Positions 9,626 through 20,266 of a DNA stretch of 64,000 nucleotides are shown here, piece after piece. Position numbers and translations under genes: made by a program. Every line of letters starts with the position of its first letter. The stretch's first letter is position 1. A model generated the notes under the pieces. The model was given only the letters and a program-made list of their open reading frames with translations. It was not told where the DNA came from and ran no database searches. This DNA is from an uncultured Poribacteria bacterium (GTDB lineage: Bacteria; Poribacteria; WGA-4E; WGA-3G): the NCBI GenBank assembly GCA_951813565.1, contig OX638351.1, positions 288,001 to 352,000 of the forward strand, written 5' to 3'.

Positions 9626-11569
9626 TTACTGTCTGCCTTCCACCAACGCGTCAACCACTGTCGGATCAGCAAGGGTAGAGGTATCACCGAGATTAGAAAT
9701 ATCACCTTCTGCTATTTTACGGAGAATACGTCGCATAATTTTACCCGAACGGGTCTTTGGTAATGCAGGCGTAAACTGAATCTTATCTGGTGTAGCAATG
9801 GGACCAATATGTTGCCGCACTGCCTGTTTGATGCCTGTTGCCACTTCATCTGATGCAGATTCACCCGTCATAAGCGTGACATACGCATAGATACCTTGTC
9901 CCTTGATGTCATGCGGGTATCCGACAACAGCAGCTTCTGCAACAGCATCATGTTGCCCGATAGCACCTTCAACCTCAGCTGTGCCTAACCTGTGTCCAGA
10001 AACATTCAGCACATCGTCTACACGACCAGTAATCCAGTAATAACCATCTTCATCACGCAACGCACCATCGCCTGTCATGTAATAGCCAGGGAACCTACTA
10101 AAATAGACATCAATAAAACGTTCGTGGTCCCCATATACTGTACGCATGATGCCGGGCCAAGCCGTTTTAATACAGAGATAACCGGTCGCAGGATTGCCTT
10201 CCACTTCATTTTCTTCTTCATCTAAGATCACAGGTTCTATGCCGAAAAATGGGAACGTTGCAGAACCGGGTTTCAGCGGAGTCGCCGCGGGTAAGGGTGT
10301 AATCAGAATTCCACCCGTTTCTGTCTGCCACCATGTATCAACTATCGGACACCGTTTATCACCAACAATATTATAATACCACAACCACTCGGGTTCTTTA
10401 ATCGGTTCACCGACTGTGCCAAGCAATCGGAGCGTAGACCTATCGTATTTTTCTACCCATGAATCTCCCTCTTTCATCAAGGCGCGCAGGGCTGTGGGGG
10501 CAGTGTAGAAAAGATTAATTTTATGTTTCTGGACGACTTGCCAAAATCTTCCAAAATCAGGGTAATTCGGGACACCTTCAAACATGACGCTAATTGCACG
10601 ATTAGCCAGCGGACCGTAGATAATGTAAGAATGTCCGGTAATCCAGCCTATATCTGCTGTGCACCAATATACATCACCTTCATGGTAGTCAAAAACCTGC
10701 TGATGCGAATATGAGGTATACACCAGATAGCCGCCTGTGGTATGCAAAACACCTTTCGGTTTTCCTGTTGACCCAGATGTATAAAGAATAAAAAGCGGGT
10801 CTTCAGCATTCATCACTTCAGGTTCACATTCGGCATCTGCTGTTTCCATTGCTTCGTGCCACCAAACATCGCGCGATGCGTCAAAATCAACCGCATCCCC
10901 TGTACGTTTCACGACAACAACTTTTTCAATAGACGGGCAATTTGCAACTGCGGCATCGGCGTTTGCCTTCATCGGGATGTCGCTTCGAGCACCGCGCAAT
11001 GCTGTATCCTGCGTAATCAAAAGTTTACAAGCAGAATCGTTAATGCGATCTCTCAGTGATTCTGCTGAAAACGCACCAAAAACGATGGAATGAACCGCAC
11101 CAATCCTTGCACATGCCAACATCGCAATAGCCAACTCTGGCACCATTTGCAAGTAGATACAGACACGATCACCTTTTTCAACACCTTGTGATTTCAACAC
11201 ATTGGCAAACTTTTTGACCTCTGCAAGCAATTCACTAAAACTAAATGTCTTATCTTCGGAAGGGTCATTTCCTTCCCAAATAATAGCTGTCTCATCCCCG
11301 TGTCCTGCTTCCACGTGCCGATCAACACAGTTATAGCAAGCATTCAACGTGCCGCCTTCAAACCATTTTATCTGTGCTTTAACAAAGTCGTAATCTCGAA
11401 CGGTATCCCATTTTTGATACCACGTCAACCGCTCAGCAATTGTTGCCCAAAAACCTTCCGGGTCTTGAATTGATTCAGCATATTGTGCCTGATACGCTTC
11501 CAAACTGTTGACGTGAGCGTCACTGATTGGATAGGCAGTCTCCATCGGTGGAAAAATATTGTTAGCCAT
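9626..11569 (-). CDS. acs: Acetyl-coenzyme A synthetase
   Basis: [37 protein letters not shown]. Confidence 0.97.
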   Translation of the reverse strand: MANNIFPPMETAYPISDAHVNSLEAYQAQYAESIQDPEGFWATIAERLTWYQKWDTVRDYDFVKAQIKWFEGGTLNACYNCVDRHVEAGHGDETAIIWEGNDPSEDKTFSFSELLAEVKKFANVLKSQGVEKGDRVCIYLQMVPELAIAMLACARIGAVHSIVFGAFSAESLRDRINDSACKLLITQDTALRGARSDIPMKANADAAVANCPSIEKVVVVKRTGDAVDFDASRDVWWHEAMETADAECEPEVMNAEDPLFILYTSGSTGKPKGVLHTTGGYLVYTSYSHQQVFDYHEGDVYWCTADIGWITGHSYIIYGPLANRAISVMFEGVPNYPDFGRFWQVVQKHKINLFYTAPTALRALMKEGDSWVEKYDRSTLRLLGTVGEPIKEPEWLWYYNIVGDKRCPIVDTWWQTETGGILITPLPAATPLKPGSATFPFFGIEPVILDEEENEVEGNPATGYLCIKTAWPGIMRTVYGDHERFIDVYFSRFPGYYMTGDGALRDEDGYYWITGRVDDVLNVSGHRLGTAEVEGAIGQHDAVAEAAVVGYPHDIKGQGIYAYVTLMTGESASDEVATGIKQAVRQHIGPIATPDKIQFTPALPKTRSGKIMRRILRKIAEGDISNLGDTSTLADPTVVDALVEGRQ

Positions 11570-12008
11570 TTTATATTTTCATCTCCTCTAAAAATCAATC
11601 TACAGTTCTCAACACGCCTTTACAAGTTGTATAGGACATATTTTATTGGAAAACGGTAATCATGTCAACTGCAATTTGAGGATATTTTTATGAGAACGTG
11701 AGCTTGGTCAAAGATAGGCGGGTGTGTAAAATTCTTGACACGCAATTATGTGAAGTCCTCCCTTATAGCATAAACTGTTAGTTTGTGCCTCGTCCTTTCA
11801 CAAACCTAAAAGGTCTCCTTCTGAAAACTCGCTGCGAAAATATTTACACACCCAAAGTGCCATTTTATGTCTTATCAATCTGGATTGGCATTTGCTTTAC
11901 CGGATATGATATAATTGCACTGAGAGTGAAACTTGTCGAATCATTTGTGATTTCTCATAAATTTTCATTCAACTAACATTGGGACGGATTGAAATAGGGA
12001 GGTAAGCA

Positions 12009-14366
12009 ATGGATTTTGAAGTAGCAACAGAAATCCTCAAATCTGGAGTCGTAACAGACATCTTTAAAAAGGTCTGTGAGTTAACTGGGGAGGAATATAA
12101 CAAGTTAGAGGTGAAAATCGCCAATGCTTGTCACCAGTACGATAAAAATTACAGAGGTCGTCACGGCCAACTCAAAGTCTTCTGTGTCGGAATGCGGCAA
12201 CCTATACCGCTTGATGATGTTTATGTTGGGGTTCAGTTTTTAGATGAGCACAATGCATCACGGTATAAGTCACGCGAAGCGGTTGAAAAAGCGTTCCGAG
12301 AAAGGAGTGGGTGGGATTTCGATTTAATTTTGTATGAACGCAAGGATGGCACACAAGTTGCCAATGACAAACAGTATCTGATGGTGCTCGGGGGTCCTGG
12401 TGTTGGAAAATCAACTTTTCTCCGAAAAGTCGGACTTGAAGCCTTAAAAGGAAAGGATGGGAACTTTGCACACGAATGCATCCCGGTCTTCCTTGAACTA
12501 AAGAGATTCACAGAAGGGCAAATCGATATTGAAGTCCTGATTACCCAGGAGTTTGAGACATGTGGTTACCCTTATCCGGAGCAGATGACAAACGCTGCGT
12601 TGAAATCCGGTAAACTCTTAATACTCTTTGATGGGCTTGACGAGGTGCCAACGGCGAATGTTGACAATGTTATTCGTAAAATTGGAGATTTCGTCGATCA
12701 GTATAGCCAAAACCGCTTTATTGCTTCATGCCGTACAGCAGTATATAGAGGAGGGTTCACAAGGTTTACAGAGGTAGAGATGGCAGACTTTGATGATTCA
12801 CAGATTGAGTCGTATATCAAAAATTGGTTTGATTCAACGCCTCACCAATATCGGTATCAACTTGACAAGGAAATGAAAACTGCTGAACAGTGCTGGATGG
12901 CATTGAACACAATAGGACATCACGCAACAAAAGAGTTGGCACGTAATCCGTTATTGCTCACGCTACTGTGCATGGTTTACGACAACTCACAAAACTTCCC
13001 GCAAAATCGGGCGGATCTCTATGAAAAGGCACTCAGCATATTTCTCGAGGAATGGGCGGCTGAAAAGCGAATCCGTCGAGAAGAGTCAATCAGTCAGTAT
13101 CTGGACATTGCGGATGAGAAGCGGATGCTCTCTGAAATTGCGGCGAAGAATTTTGAGGAAAACCGTCTTTTTTTTAGTGAAGACGAAATCCTTGCACAGA
13201 TTCGAGAATTCGGTAAAGGGAATGCCAATACACCCCCAACGTTTAATGCTCCCAAAATTTTAGAAACAATCCTTATAGATCAGGGGCTTTTCGTTGAACA
13301 AGTTAGAGGTTCCTACTCCTTCTCTCATCTAACGTTTCAGGAGTATTTAACGGCGAATTATTTTGTGAGGGATACACAATCTATTAGACGATTGGTAAAG
13401 AAGCATTTACATAATGAACAGTGGAGAGAAGTCTTTTTACTGACATCCGGACTGATGCACACAGCGGACGATTTGCTTGAAGCAATGAAAGCGGAAGCCG
13501 CTAAGTTGATTAATACCGATGGACTCAGAGCCCTCTTCCAATGGACAGAACGGATTACAGACACCTCAAATGATCAGTACAACGGAATTGCTAAACGATC
13601 ATTTGCCCTGTACCAATATTTTTCTCTGTATGTGCTCAATAAAATTTGTAAGATAGTTGAGAATTTCGTTGAGCTTAAGCGATACCAAGAGTTCGACCGA
13701 GACCTCTACCAAGAGTTCGACCGAGACCTCTACCGAGACCTCTACCAAGAGCTCTACCAAGAGCTCTACCGAGACCTCTACCCAGAGATCGATCGAGAGC
13801 TCTACCGAGACCTCTACCTCGACCTCTACCCAGAGCTCGACCGAGACCTCTACCGAGAGCTCTACCGATACCTCTACCGATACCTCGTCCGATACGTCCA
13901 CCGAGACCTCTTCTACCGAGACCTCTACCGAGAGCTCTACCGATACCTCTACCAAGATCCTTACCGATATATGGATGCTAATTTCTATCCACTTGTGCCC
14001 GATGAGCTCCGGGATCGATTTGATAAGGAATTGCAGGAACGCATAGCACTTGTTGAACGTATAGAACAGATGAAAATCTTCAAAGGTGTGGATTTACAGC
14101 AAATGGGCACGCGGTTCAATGAACAGCGGAAATTTATCCAGGCGGCAGCGGCGAGAAAAGATGTTGAACCCCCGGCGAAGTCTATTCACGATACCTGGCT
14201 CTCTGTTTTAGATATCACTGACGAGATGCTCCATATTTCACCCGAAGAATTAGATGCCTATCTTCAGTATCTTCGCGCAGTAGATCTCATCGTTGCGTGT
14301 AAAAAAGCAGCTGGACGTGTTTCGCCTAAAGTATGGCAGAAAATTGAGGAGAAGCTGCTGACTTAA
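12009..14366 (+). CDS. NACHT/STAND NTPase with low-complexity repeat and C-terminal helical domain
   Basis: Walker A GGPGVGKS, Walker B LFDGLDE, SCR, NPLLL, FSHLTFQEYLTA, WREV. Confidence 0.9.
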   Translation: MDFEVATEILKSGVVTDIFKKVCELTGEEYNKLEVKIANACHQYDKNYRGRHGQLKVFCVGMRQPIPLDDVYVGVQFLDEHNASRYKSREAVEKAFRERSGWDFDLILYERKDGTQVANDKQYLMVLGGPGVGKSTFLRKVGLEALKGKDGNFAHECIPVFLELKRFTEGQIDIEVLITQEFETCGYPYPEQMTNAALKSGKLLILFDGLDEVPTANVDNVIRKIGDFVDQYSQNRFIASCRTAVYRGGFTRFTEVEMADFDDSQIESYIKNWFDSTPHQYRYQLDKEMKTAEQCWMALNTIGHHATKELARNPLLLTLLCMVYDNSQNFPQNRADLYEKALSIFLEEWAAEKRIRREESISQYLDIADEKRMLSEIAAKNFEENRLFFSEDEILAQIREFGKGNANTPPTFNAPKILETILIDQGLFVEQVRGSYSFSHLTFQEYLTANYFVRDTQSIRRLVKKHLHNEQWREVFLLTSGLMHTADDLLEAMKAEAAKLINTDGLRALFQWTERITDTSNDQYNGIAKRSFALYQYFSLYVLNKICKIVENFVELKRYQEFDRDLYQEFDRDLYRDLYQELYQELYRDLYPEIDRELYRDLYLDLYPELDRDLYRELYRYLYRYLVRYVHRDLFYRDLYRELYRYLYQDPYRYMDANFYPLVPDELRDRFDKELQERIALVERIEQMKIFKGVDLQQMGTRFNEQRKFIQAAAARKDVEPPAKSIHDTWLSVLDITDEMLHISPEELDAYLQYLRAVDLIVACKKAAGRVSPKVWQKIEEKLLT
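13681..13970 (+). repeat. Intragenic 12-nt-unit tandem repeat (CTCTACCGAGAC/G) encoding (R/Q)(D/E)LY iterations
   Basis: Directly visible array of about 20 degenerate units inside the NACHT gene. Confidence 0.9.
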
Positions 14367-14457
14367 AGTACAGAAGAACACGTGAAGTTCTTATATCCGA
14401 TATACCAAGGGTCTATGAAACAGATTCCAACCAATCAATAGCAGTTTTTCGTTCTTT

Positions 14458-15377
14458 TCAATGGCGATTTCGACGGACAGAAACACTCTCTGTGCCGACG
14501 TTCTCTTTTTTCAAAGCAGTTAACGAATCCTGCGCGAAACCTAACCAATACATCTCCAATTGGTGGGTTCTCGGATAGTCAACAGCATTCACATACGGCG
14601 GAGAGGTTACCGCGAGATGAAAATAATCTTGCTCATACGTGATATTCCTTGCATCCATATTCTCTGGAAAATGAACAGTAATGTCGGATGGATAATTTTC
14701 GGAAAACGCAACCATTTTTGGCACTTTGGTGAGAACTGTTTTTGCGAATCGGTTCAAAGCATCGGAGGGTTTTACTAATTTGTTCAATTTCTTTCAAATT
14801 ACTGTCCGGGTACAATTGTCATCGGCATTAGAAACAGAACGAATAATAGATGAAAGACAAACTTTGAAAAAGTCTTTGATCTTACCGTTAGCATCAAGTT
14901 GTTGAATATGTTTTCTTAAATAGGTTAATTCATAAAGAATTTCTATGTTAAACCAGTTGTCTCTATAAGGGAAATTGGGCAAGTCAGATTCGGTAACCTG
15001 TGAGGAATCGTAATTAAGGATAGCCTCCAAAAACGACTTTTGCGCGGACTTGAGTTCTGTTTCTGGCAAAGGGGTAACTTTTACTTTTGAAATGAAGCGG
15101 GAAAATGGGTCAACATCAATTCCAACAGAGTTTCGCTTTGAAAGGAGTGCCTCAACATTTGTTGTGCCGCTTCCAGCAAATGGATCTAGGATTTGGTCGT
15201 GTTCTTGAGAATATCTTTTGATGAGCCAACGTGGTAATTCGGGGAAAAACTCTGGTCGTGGCTGATAAACAGAAATCTGTCGCCATCCTTTGCATGCAAA
15301 TCAAACGGAATATCACCATCTACTTGAACGATACTTTCACCAAAGTCATTGATGATTTGTGTAACGTTATCCTTCAT
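14458..15377 (-). pseudogene. Decayed N4-cytosine-type DNA methyltransferase
   Basis: After a frameshift near 15250 the frame reads FFPELPRW...ILDPFAGSGTT (motif I). In-frame TGA at 14794-14796, then TSPPY (motif IV); truncated 3' end. Confidence 0.8.
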
Positions 15378-15472
15378 TATTCTTCAACCTGTCCACTTTA
15401 TCATATATTTCAAATTATAACACAATTACTACACCAATGCAATAACTCATCGAAAGTACTACGAGATTAAAT

Positions 15473-15528
15473 TTGACTTTTTTGGTAGGGTATATTATAA
15501 TATAATATAGTCACCTAAATTGGTTAGG
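15473..15528 (+). promoter_or_regulatory. Sigma70-type promoter TTGACT-N17-TATAAT with downstream CCTAA-N5-TTAGG candidate operator
   Basis: -35 at 15473-15478, -10 at 15496-15501, inverted repeat at 15514-15528, upstream of the Rrf2 gene. Confidence 0.65.
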
Positions 15529-15551
15529 ATTTAATAGGGGGAGGAACACAG

Positions 15552-15989
15552 ATGCAATTATCCGCCAAATTAAAATATGTAGTTTGTGCTATGTTGGAAC
15601 TCGGTCTGCAGTATCGTAAAGAGTTCGTTTCGGTCACGGTGTTGGCTGAAAAACGCCGTATTCCAGGTCCGTTTTTGGAAAAACTTCTTTTACAACTCAA
15701 AGGTGCTGGGTTAACTACAAGCCGCCGTGGTCCTGACGGTGGGTATAGTTTAGCGCTACCTCCAGATAAAATACGGATAGGTGATATCTTTGCTGCTGTA
15801 GAGGGTCCCGTTGATTTCACAAAAGGTTTTGAAACACAACAATCGTCTGAAATTGGGACTTTTTTCGCTGAAATTGAGGAAGAGGTCCGCGATGTATTAA
15901 ACACAAAAACCCTACATGAACTCTGTTGTCACGCGCGTAAATTTAAACAGTTGTCGCAACCGACACATTCACATCTGTTCTTTATATGA
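15552..15989 (+). CDS. Rrf2 family regulator, CymR-like
   Basis: LEKLL..LK.AGL..SRRGPDGGY.LA; lacks the IscR three-Cys cluster motif; overlaps the cysK start (ATGA). Confidence 0.85.
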   Translation: MQLSAKLKYVVCAMLELGLQYRKEFVSVTVLAEKRRIPGPFLEKLLLQLKGAGLTTSRRGPDGGYSLALPPDKIRIGDIFAAVEGPVDFTKGFETQQSSEIGTFFAEIEEEVRDVLNTKTLHELCCHARKFKQLSQPTHSHLFFI

Positions 15990-16936
15990 GAATCGCTACA
16001 AACCTGACAAAACTTATCGGGAATACGCCGATGGTTCGCCTGAATGCGTTGCCAGAGAAAGAGGATGCCACTATCTTTGCAAAGTTAGAATCCTACAACC
16101 CCGGTGGTAGCATTAAGGACCGTATTAGTTATGCAATGGTCATTGACGCTGAGGAACGTGGCATCCTAAAACCGGGTGATACTATTGTTGAACCAACAGC
16201 TGGCAACACAGGCATCGGTCTTTCTATTGTTGGGGTAGCACGTGGTTATCAAGTAATTTTGACAATGCCAGAGAACGTTAGTAGCGAAAAATATGCGCTC
16301 CTGTCTGCGTTTGGTGCTAATATTGTGCTTACACCGGAACATGGTGGTATGGCAAGTGCAATCTGGGAAGCCGAGGAAATCCTTCGACGAAATTCACGAC
16401 ACTATATGCCGAACCAGTTTACGAATCCCGCGAACCCACGGATCCATCGTGAGACGACTGCTGTTGAAATTTTGGATTCTGTAGGAAGTAATATTGATTT
16501 TGTTGTTGTTGGGGTAGGAACAGGAGGAACGTTAACAGGTATTGGCGAAGTCCTTAAAGCACAAAATCCGAAGACAAAAGTCGTTGCTGTAGAACCTTTG
16601 GTGTCATCTGTACTTTCAGGAGGAATGCCTGGACCGACACGGATTGATGGGCTTGGCGCAGGTATGGTGCCTGAGGTCTTAAATGTAGACATCGTTGATG
16701 ATGTCATTGCGGTTTCTGAAGAAGTAGCGTATCAAACCATGAAAGATATTTCAAGAAAAGAAGGTTTGTTGGTGGGTATGTCGTCTGGCGCAAATGTACA
16801 TGCAGCATTGCAGGTAGCTAAAGCACAGGGACCTGATAAAACTGTCGTCACCATTCTCCCAGATACGGGTGAACGTTACTTCAGTTTAAGCCGCTATTTT
16901 GAACTTGAAACCGATATAATGGAGACACTACCATAA
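15986..16936 (+). CDS. cysK: Cysteine synthase A
   Basis: KLESYNPGGSIKDR (PLP Lys), EPTAGNTG, GVGTGGT, PDTGERY. Confidence 0.92.
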   Translation: MRIATNLTKLIGNTPMVRLNALPEKEDATIFAKLESYNPGGSIKDRISYAMVIDAEERGILKPGDTIVEPTAGNTGIGLSIVGVARGYQVILTMPENVSSEKYALLSAFGANIVLTPEHGGMASAIWEAEEILRRNSRHYMPNQFTNPANPRIHRETTAVEILDSVGSNIDFVVVGVGTGGTLTGIGEVLKAQNPKTKVVAVEPLVSSVLSGGMPGPTRIDGLGAGMVPEVLNVDIVDDVIAVSEEVAYQTMKDISRKEGLLVGMSSGANVHAALQVAKAQGPDKTVVTILPDTGERYFSLSRYFELETDIMETLP

Positions 16937-16962
16937 AAGGAGTCTAAACAGGAAAAAACGGA

Positions 16963-17721
16963 ATGGCATTTCAAATTGAAACTGCTTCAGTGATGAAATT
17001 GAAACAGCAAATTAGCTTAAAAGAGGACCCGCAAGAAATCCTTTTCTGCCTCTTTAAGCAGTTTAATGATCGCGCAGCTATTGTGACAAGTGGTCAGTTG
17101 TCGGGCATGGTTCAGATACATCTCGCCGCTGAAAGTAAATTACCTTTTAGGGTGTGTACGATAGACACACATCGTCTCTTTCCTGAAACCTATGCCTTCT
17201 TTGATCAAGTTGAAGAACGTTACGGTATTGAGATTGAACGCATCCAACCAGACACTACTGAAGTAGAAAAAATGGTTGACGAACATGGTGAATACCTCTT
17301 TTTTGACAGCAAGGCAAAACAGAAGTATTGCTGTGACATTAGAAAAATTAGGCCGATGCAACGACTTTTAGAGACGTTAGATGTTTGGATTACTGGAACA
17401 CGGAGAGATCAATCCGAAACCCGTCAAAATTTTCAGAAGACAGAAATCATTTCATCTAATACGCATCCTATCCTTAAAGTAAGTCCACTGATACATTGGA
17501 CAACTGAAGATGTGTGGAATTTTGTGCGTGAAAATGATGTACCTGTGAATCCACTCTTTAAACCGGATGCTAATGGGCACTATTATGATTCACTCGGATG
17601 TATGATCTGTTCGACGCGAATCCGACCGGGTGAATCTAAACGTGCAGGTCGATGGCGTTGGCAAAACGCAACAGACACTGAGGAAAACGACAAAGAGTGT
17701 GGGTTACACTACGCTATTTAA
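16963..17721 (+). CDS. cysH: APS/PAPS reductase (Fe-S, APS-type)
   Basis: CCDIRK and CMIC cluster ligands, WITGTRRDQS, RAGRW, C-terminal ECGLH. Confidence 0.88.
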   Translation: MAFQIETASVMKLKQQISLKEDPQEILFCLFKQFNDRAAIVTSGQLSGMVQIHLAAESKLPFRVCTIDTHRLFPETYAFFDQVEERYGIEIERIQPDTTEVEKMVDEHGEYLFFDSKAKQKYCCDIRKIRPMQRLLETLDVWITGTRRDQSETRQNFQKTEIISSNTHPILKVSPLIHWTTEDVWNFVRENDVPVNPLFKPDANGHYYDSLGCMICSTRIRPGESKRAGRWRWQNATDTEENDKECGLHYAI

Positions 17722-17815
17722 CACTAAACAAAACGGTGGATTTCTTAACCACCATTACACTATATTTCCACAAGCAGCACGACGTCAGAACTCTGACCCG
17801 ATAAAGGAGAAAAAA

Positions 17816-18103
17816 ATGGCTGTAATAGTTCGTATTCCAACCCCGCTGAGACGGTTAACACAGAATCTCGCGGAGGTTGAAACTGAAGGCACAAATATTG
17901 AAACCATCATCGAAAATTTGGAATCAGACTATCCTGGGATGAAAGAACGTCTTTGCGATGAGGGCGGGAACATCCGTCGGTTTGTAAATATCTATCTCAA
18001 TGACGAAGATATTCGTTTTCTTGATGGAAAAGCAACACCTGTCACTGATGGTGCTGAAATATCAATTATTCCCGCTATTGCTGGCGGCACACTATTTTCC
18101 TAA
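17816..18103 (+). CDS. MoaD/ThiS/CysO-like ubiquitin-fold sulfur carrier with C-terminal extension (AGG-TLFS)
   Basis: ATG 17816 after AAGGAG; VRIPTPLR, RRFVNIYLNDEDIRFL, IIPAIAGG. Confidence 0.9.
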   Translation: MAVIVRIPTPLRRLTQNLAEVETEGTNIETIIENLESDYPGMKERLCDEGGNIRRFVNIYLNDEDIRFLDGKATPVTDGAEISIIPAIAGGTLFS

Positions 18104-18176
18104 AATGGCATTTCGTGTAGGGCGGATATCCCATCCGCCCGCATACGATTCGCATATTTAATTCTTAATAAATGAT

Positions 18177-18890
18177 ATGGTAACGCTACTACCGAAAACC
18201 TTCAATGAGATATGTGCACATGCAAAGGCACAATTTCCTGAGGAATGTTGTGGTGTAATTTTGCAGGCAGATACACAAGAGTTTGTGAGACCGTGCCGAA
18301 ATATCCAAAACGAAATGCATAGGGATGACCCTACCGCATATCCGCGTGATGCACGCACAGCTTACATAATGCATCCTGATGACCTAATTTCTGTGCATAA
18401 AGAGGTAGAAACACAGCATCGTCCGATTAAAGCGTTTTATCATTCGCATCCGAACCATGAGGCATACTTCTCTGAAAAAGACAAATCGGACGCGATGGTA
18501 TGGGGTGAACCTGCATATCCAGGAGTGGTATATCTCGTCATCTCAATATACGAAGACACAATCCGCATTGTCAAGGCTTATGCTTGGGATGAAGTTAAAT
18601 CTGATTTTATTGAAGTTGTGGTTCAAAAGACTCCATCAGGAGCGATGCAAACAGCCTCTTTAAAGGTACGTCTAACCTTTCCACCTGAAAAAATCACTGA
18701 ACCTATAATTTATTACATTGGACAACAATTCCGTGTGGTCACCAATATCCGCCGCGCTAACGTAACTGAAGAATCGGGTTGGGTCATGTTAGAAATGAGA
18801 GGTGCTTCAGATGAAATTGAACGCGCTATTGATTACCTAAAAAACATCAAAGTCCAAGTTGAACCTGTTGAAGGTGATGTTGTCCAATAA
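18177..18890 (+). CDS. JAMM/Mov34 (M67, Mec-like) metallopeptidase fused to a C-terminal NIL domain
   Basis: PEECCG...YHSHP......SEKD JAMM motif; C-terminal RLTFP...EPII...VVTNIRRANV...GWVMLE.RG....I..AI.YL. Confidence 0.85.
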   Translation: MVTLLPKTFNEICAHAKAQFPEECCGVILQADTQEFVRPCRNIQNEMHRDDPTAYPRDARTAYIMHPDDLISVHKEVETQHRPIKAFYHSHPNHEAYFSEKDKSDAMVWGEPAYPGVVYLVISIYEDTIRIVKAYAWDEVKSDFIEVVVQKTPSGAMQTASLKVRLTFPPEKITEPIIYYIGQQFRVVTNIRRANVTEESGWVMLEMRGASDEIERAIDYLKNIKVQVEPVEGDVVQ

Positions 18891-19008
18891 ATCATCATAC
18901 CTAATTTTCCAAGTTCTGTTATAATCAGCCAAAATTCACAGGGTTATTTAGTTTTCGATTTTTCGGCTATATTTTTCACATTTTAATATAGACTAATACG
19001 TATGCAAA

Positions 19009-19081
19009 GTAATAGGCACACGCCGTGGGTTTCCGTCCACCCAAAATGTAAAGCGGACGGCACGCGGCGCGTGCCTACTAC
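19009..19081. repeat. Inverted REP pair of the GGACGGCACGCGGAGCGTGCCTACTAC class
   Basis: Same unit at 30227-30255 and 32832-32860. Confidence 0.75.
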
Positions 19082-19292
19082 CATGTCTAAATCAACGTCA
19101 AGTGCGCTTTTTGGCATTTGTCGCGTTTCGCAAACTCTACCCGACGGACGATATAAACTATCAGTAACACGCATTAACTGATAATTCTTAAAACTAAATA
19201 ACCCTGCAAAATTCACTTTTTTCTTGAATTTAATATGGAAATAAGCCATAATTAAGGTTGAATCAAAAACACTACCATTATGGGAGCGGATA

Positions 19293-19913
19293 TTGAAAAA
19301 TAGGTTGAGTGTAATCCAATTTTTATTGTGTACTATCATAATCAGCAGTTTCATTGGGTGTGATTCTCCAAACGCCAAGAAGCAACCTTACGAAACACTC
19401 GTTTTTGATGTTGATGAAACCCTGCTTGAGCCTGTATTAATGGATACTTTACTCAAGATCAAGATAGCCTCACCTAAAAATTGGAAAAAGATTGACAATT
19501 CAATGTTTGCACAAGTCATCAACAAATTGGATACCCGACTCACGGAGGACATAAAGCTGGTGCCGCAATTGATATTTTTGAATGAAGGTTCGCGGGCACT
19601 GTGTGTCGTGTCAAAGTTAGATGGTGTAGATATTGCGCCAAACGAAACTTTATTAAAAACGCTAACAACTGCTTACCGAGAGCGTTTTCCAAACGCTACA
19701 GTTGAGCAAACTATTTTTATGAAAGATGCTTTTCGCATCCACCAAGTGATGGTCGTTGCTGCCGATTTTGTACTTATCAAACTGATATGCGATGCACCCG
19801 AAACACTTGTTTTTGAGGTTGACTACCGTATTCCCAGAGATGTTTACCAAATTGAACTGAAAGCGATTGAATCATCAATTGGATCTATCAATCTGATCAA
19901 TAACAGTCGGTAG
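19293..19913 (+). CDS. Hypothetical lipoprotein
   Basis: Signal peptide ending FIGC; 206-aa open frame. Confidence 0.6.
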   Translation: MKNRLSVIQFLLCTIIISSFIGCDSPNAKKQPYETLVFDVDETLLEPVLMDTLLKIKIASPKNWKKIDNSMFAQVINKLDTRLTEDIKLVPQLIFLNEGSRALCVVSKLDGVDIAPNETLLKTLTTAYRERFPNATVEQTIFMKDAFRIHQVMVVAADFVLIKLICDAPETLVFEVDYRIPRDVYQIELKAIESSIGSINLINNSR

Positions 19914-19950
19914 ATGTGCTTTGGAAGTCCGTCACCGAAAGGAGATATTT

Positions 19951-20244
19951 ATGTTCACAAAAGTTTCTGCTGTCCTACTTATCGTAGGAATCTTATTTGT
20001 TATTGGCTGTGCCGCACATGTCCACCAAGTTGGGAACGGTGCACAAGGCAATCAAACTATGGAAGCGCGCCAATGGTATGTCTTGTGGGGTTTAGTACCT
20101 ATCAACGATGTCGACACAAATATGATGGCGGGCCAAACAACCGATTATGAAATCACGACTTCAATCACGCCAATTGATTTCATCATTAGTGCAATTGTAG
20201 GTTCTATATCAGTCAATTGTCGAACGGTAACCGTTCGGAAATAA
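19951..20244 (+). CDS. Small lipoprotein, Bor/Iss-like
   Basis: ATG after AAGGAG; lipobox VIGC; QWYVLWGLVP motif. Confidence 0.6.
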   Translation: MFTKVSAVLLIVGILFVIGCAAHVHQVGNGAQGNQTMEARQWYVLWGLVPINDVDTNMMAGQTTDYEITTSITPIDFIISAIVGSISVNCRTVTVRK

Positions 20245-20266
20245 CCGATAACAGCTTTTAAAATGT

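Noticed and set aside
13681..13970. Possible CRISPR array
   Set aside because: Contiguous 12-nt coding units with no unique spacers and no cas genes.
13599..14046. Ser/Thr-rich mucin-like ORF (13657-14046 +) and Val/Glu-rich ORF (13599-13955 -)
   Set aside because: Alternative-frame shadows of the 12-nt tandem repeat inside the NACHT gene.
14794..14796. In-frame TGA in the methyltransferase as a second selenocysteine
   Set aside because: Not at a catalytic Cys position (context TVI-x-KKL, likely CGA to TGA), and the gene also has a frameshift and truncation.
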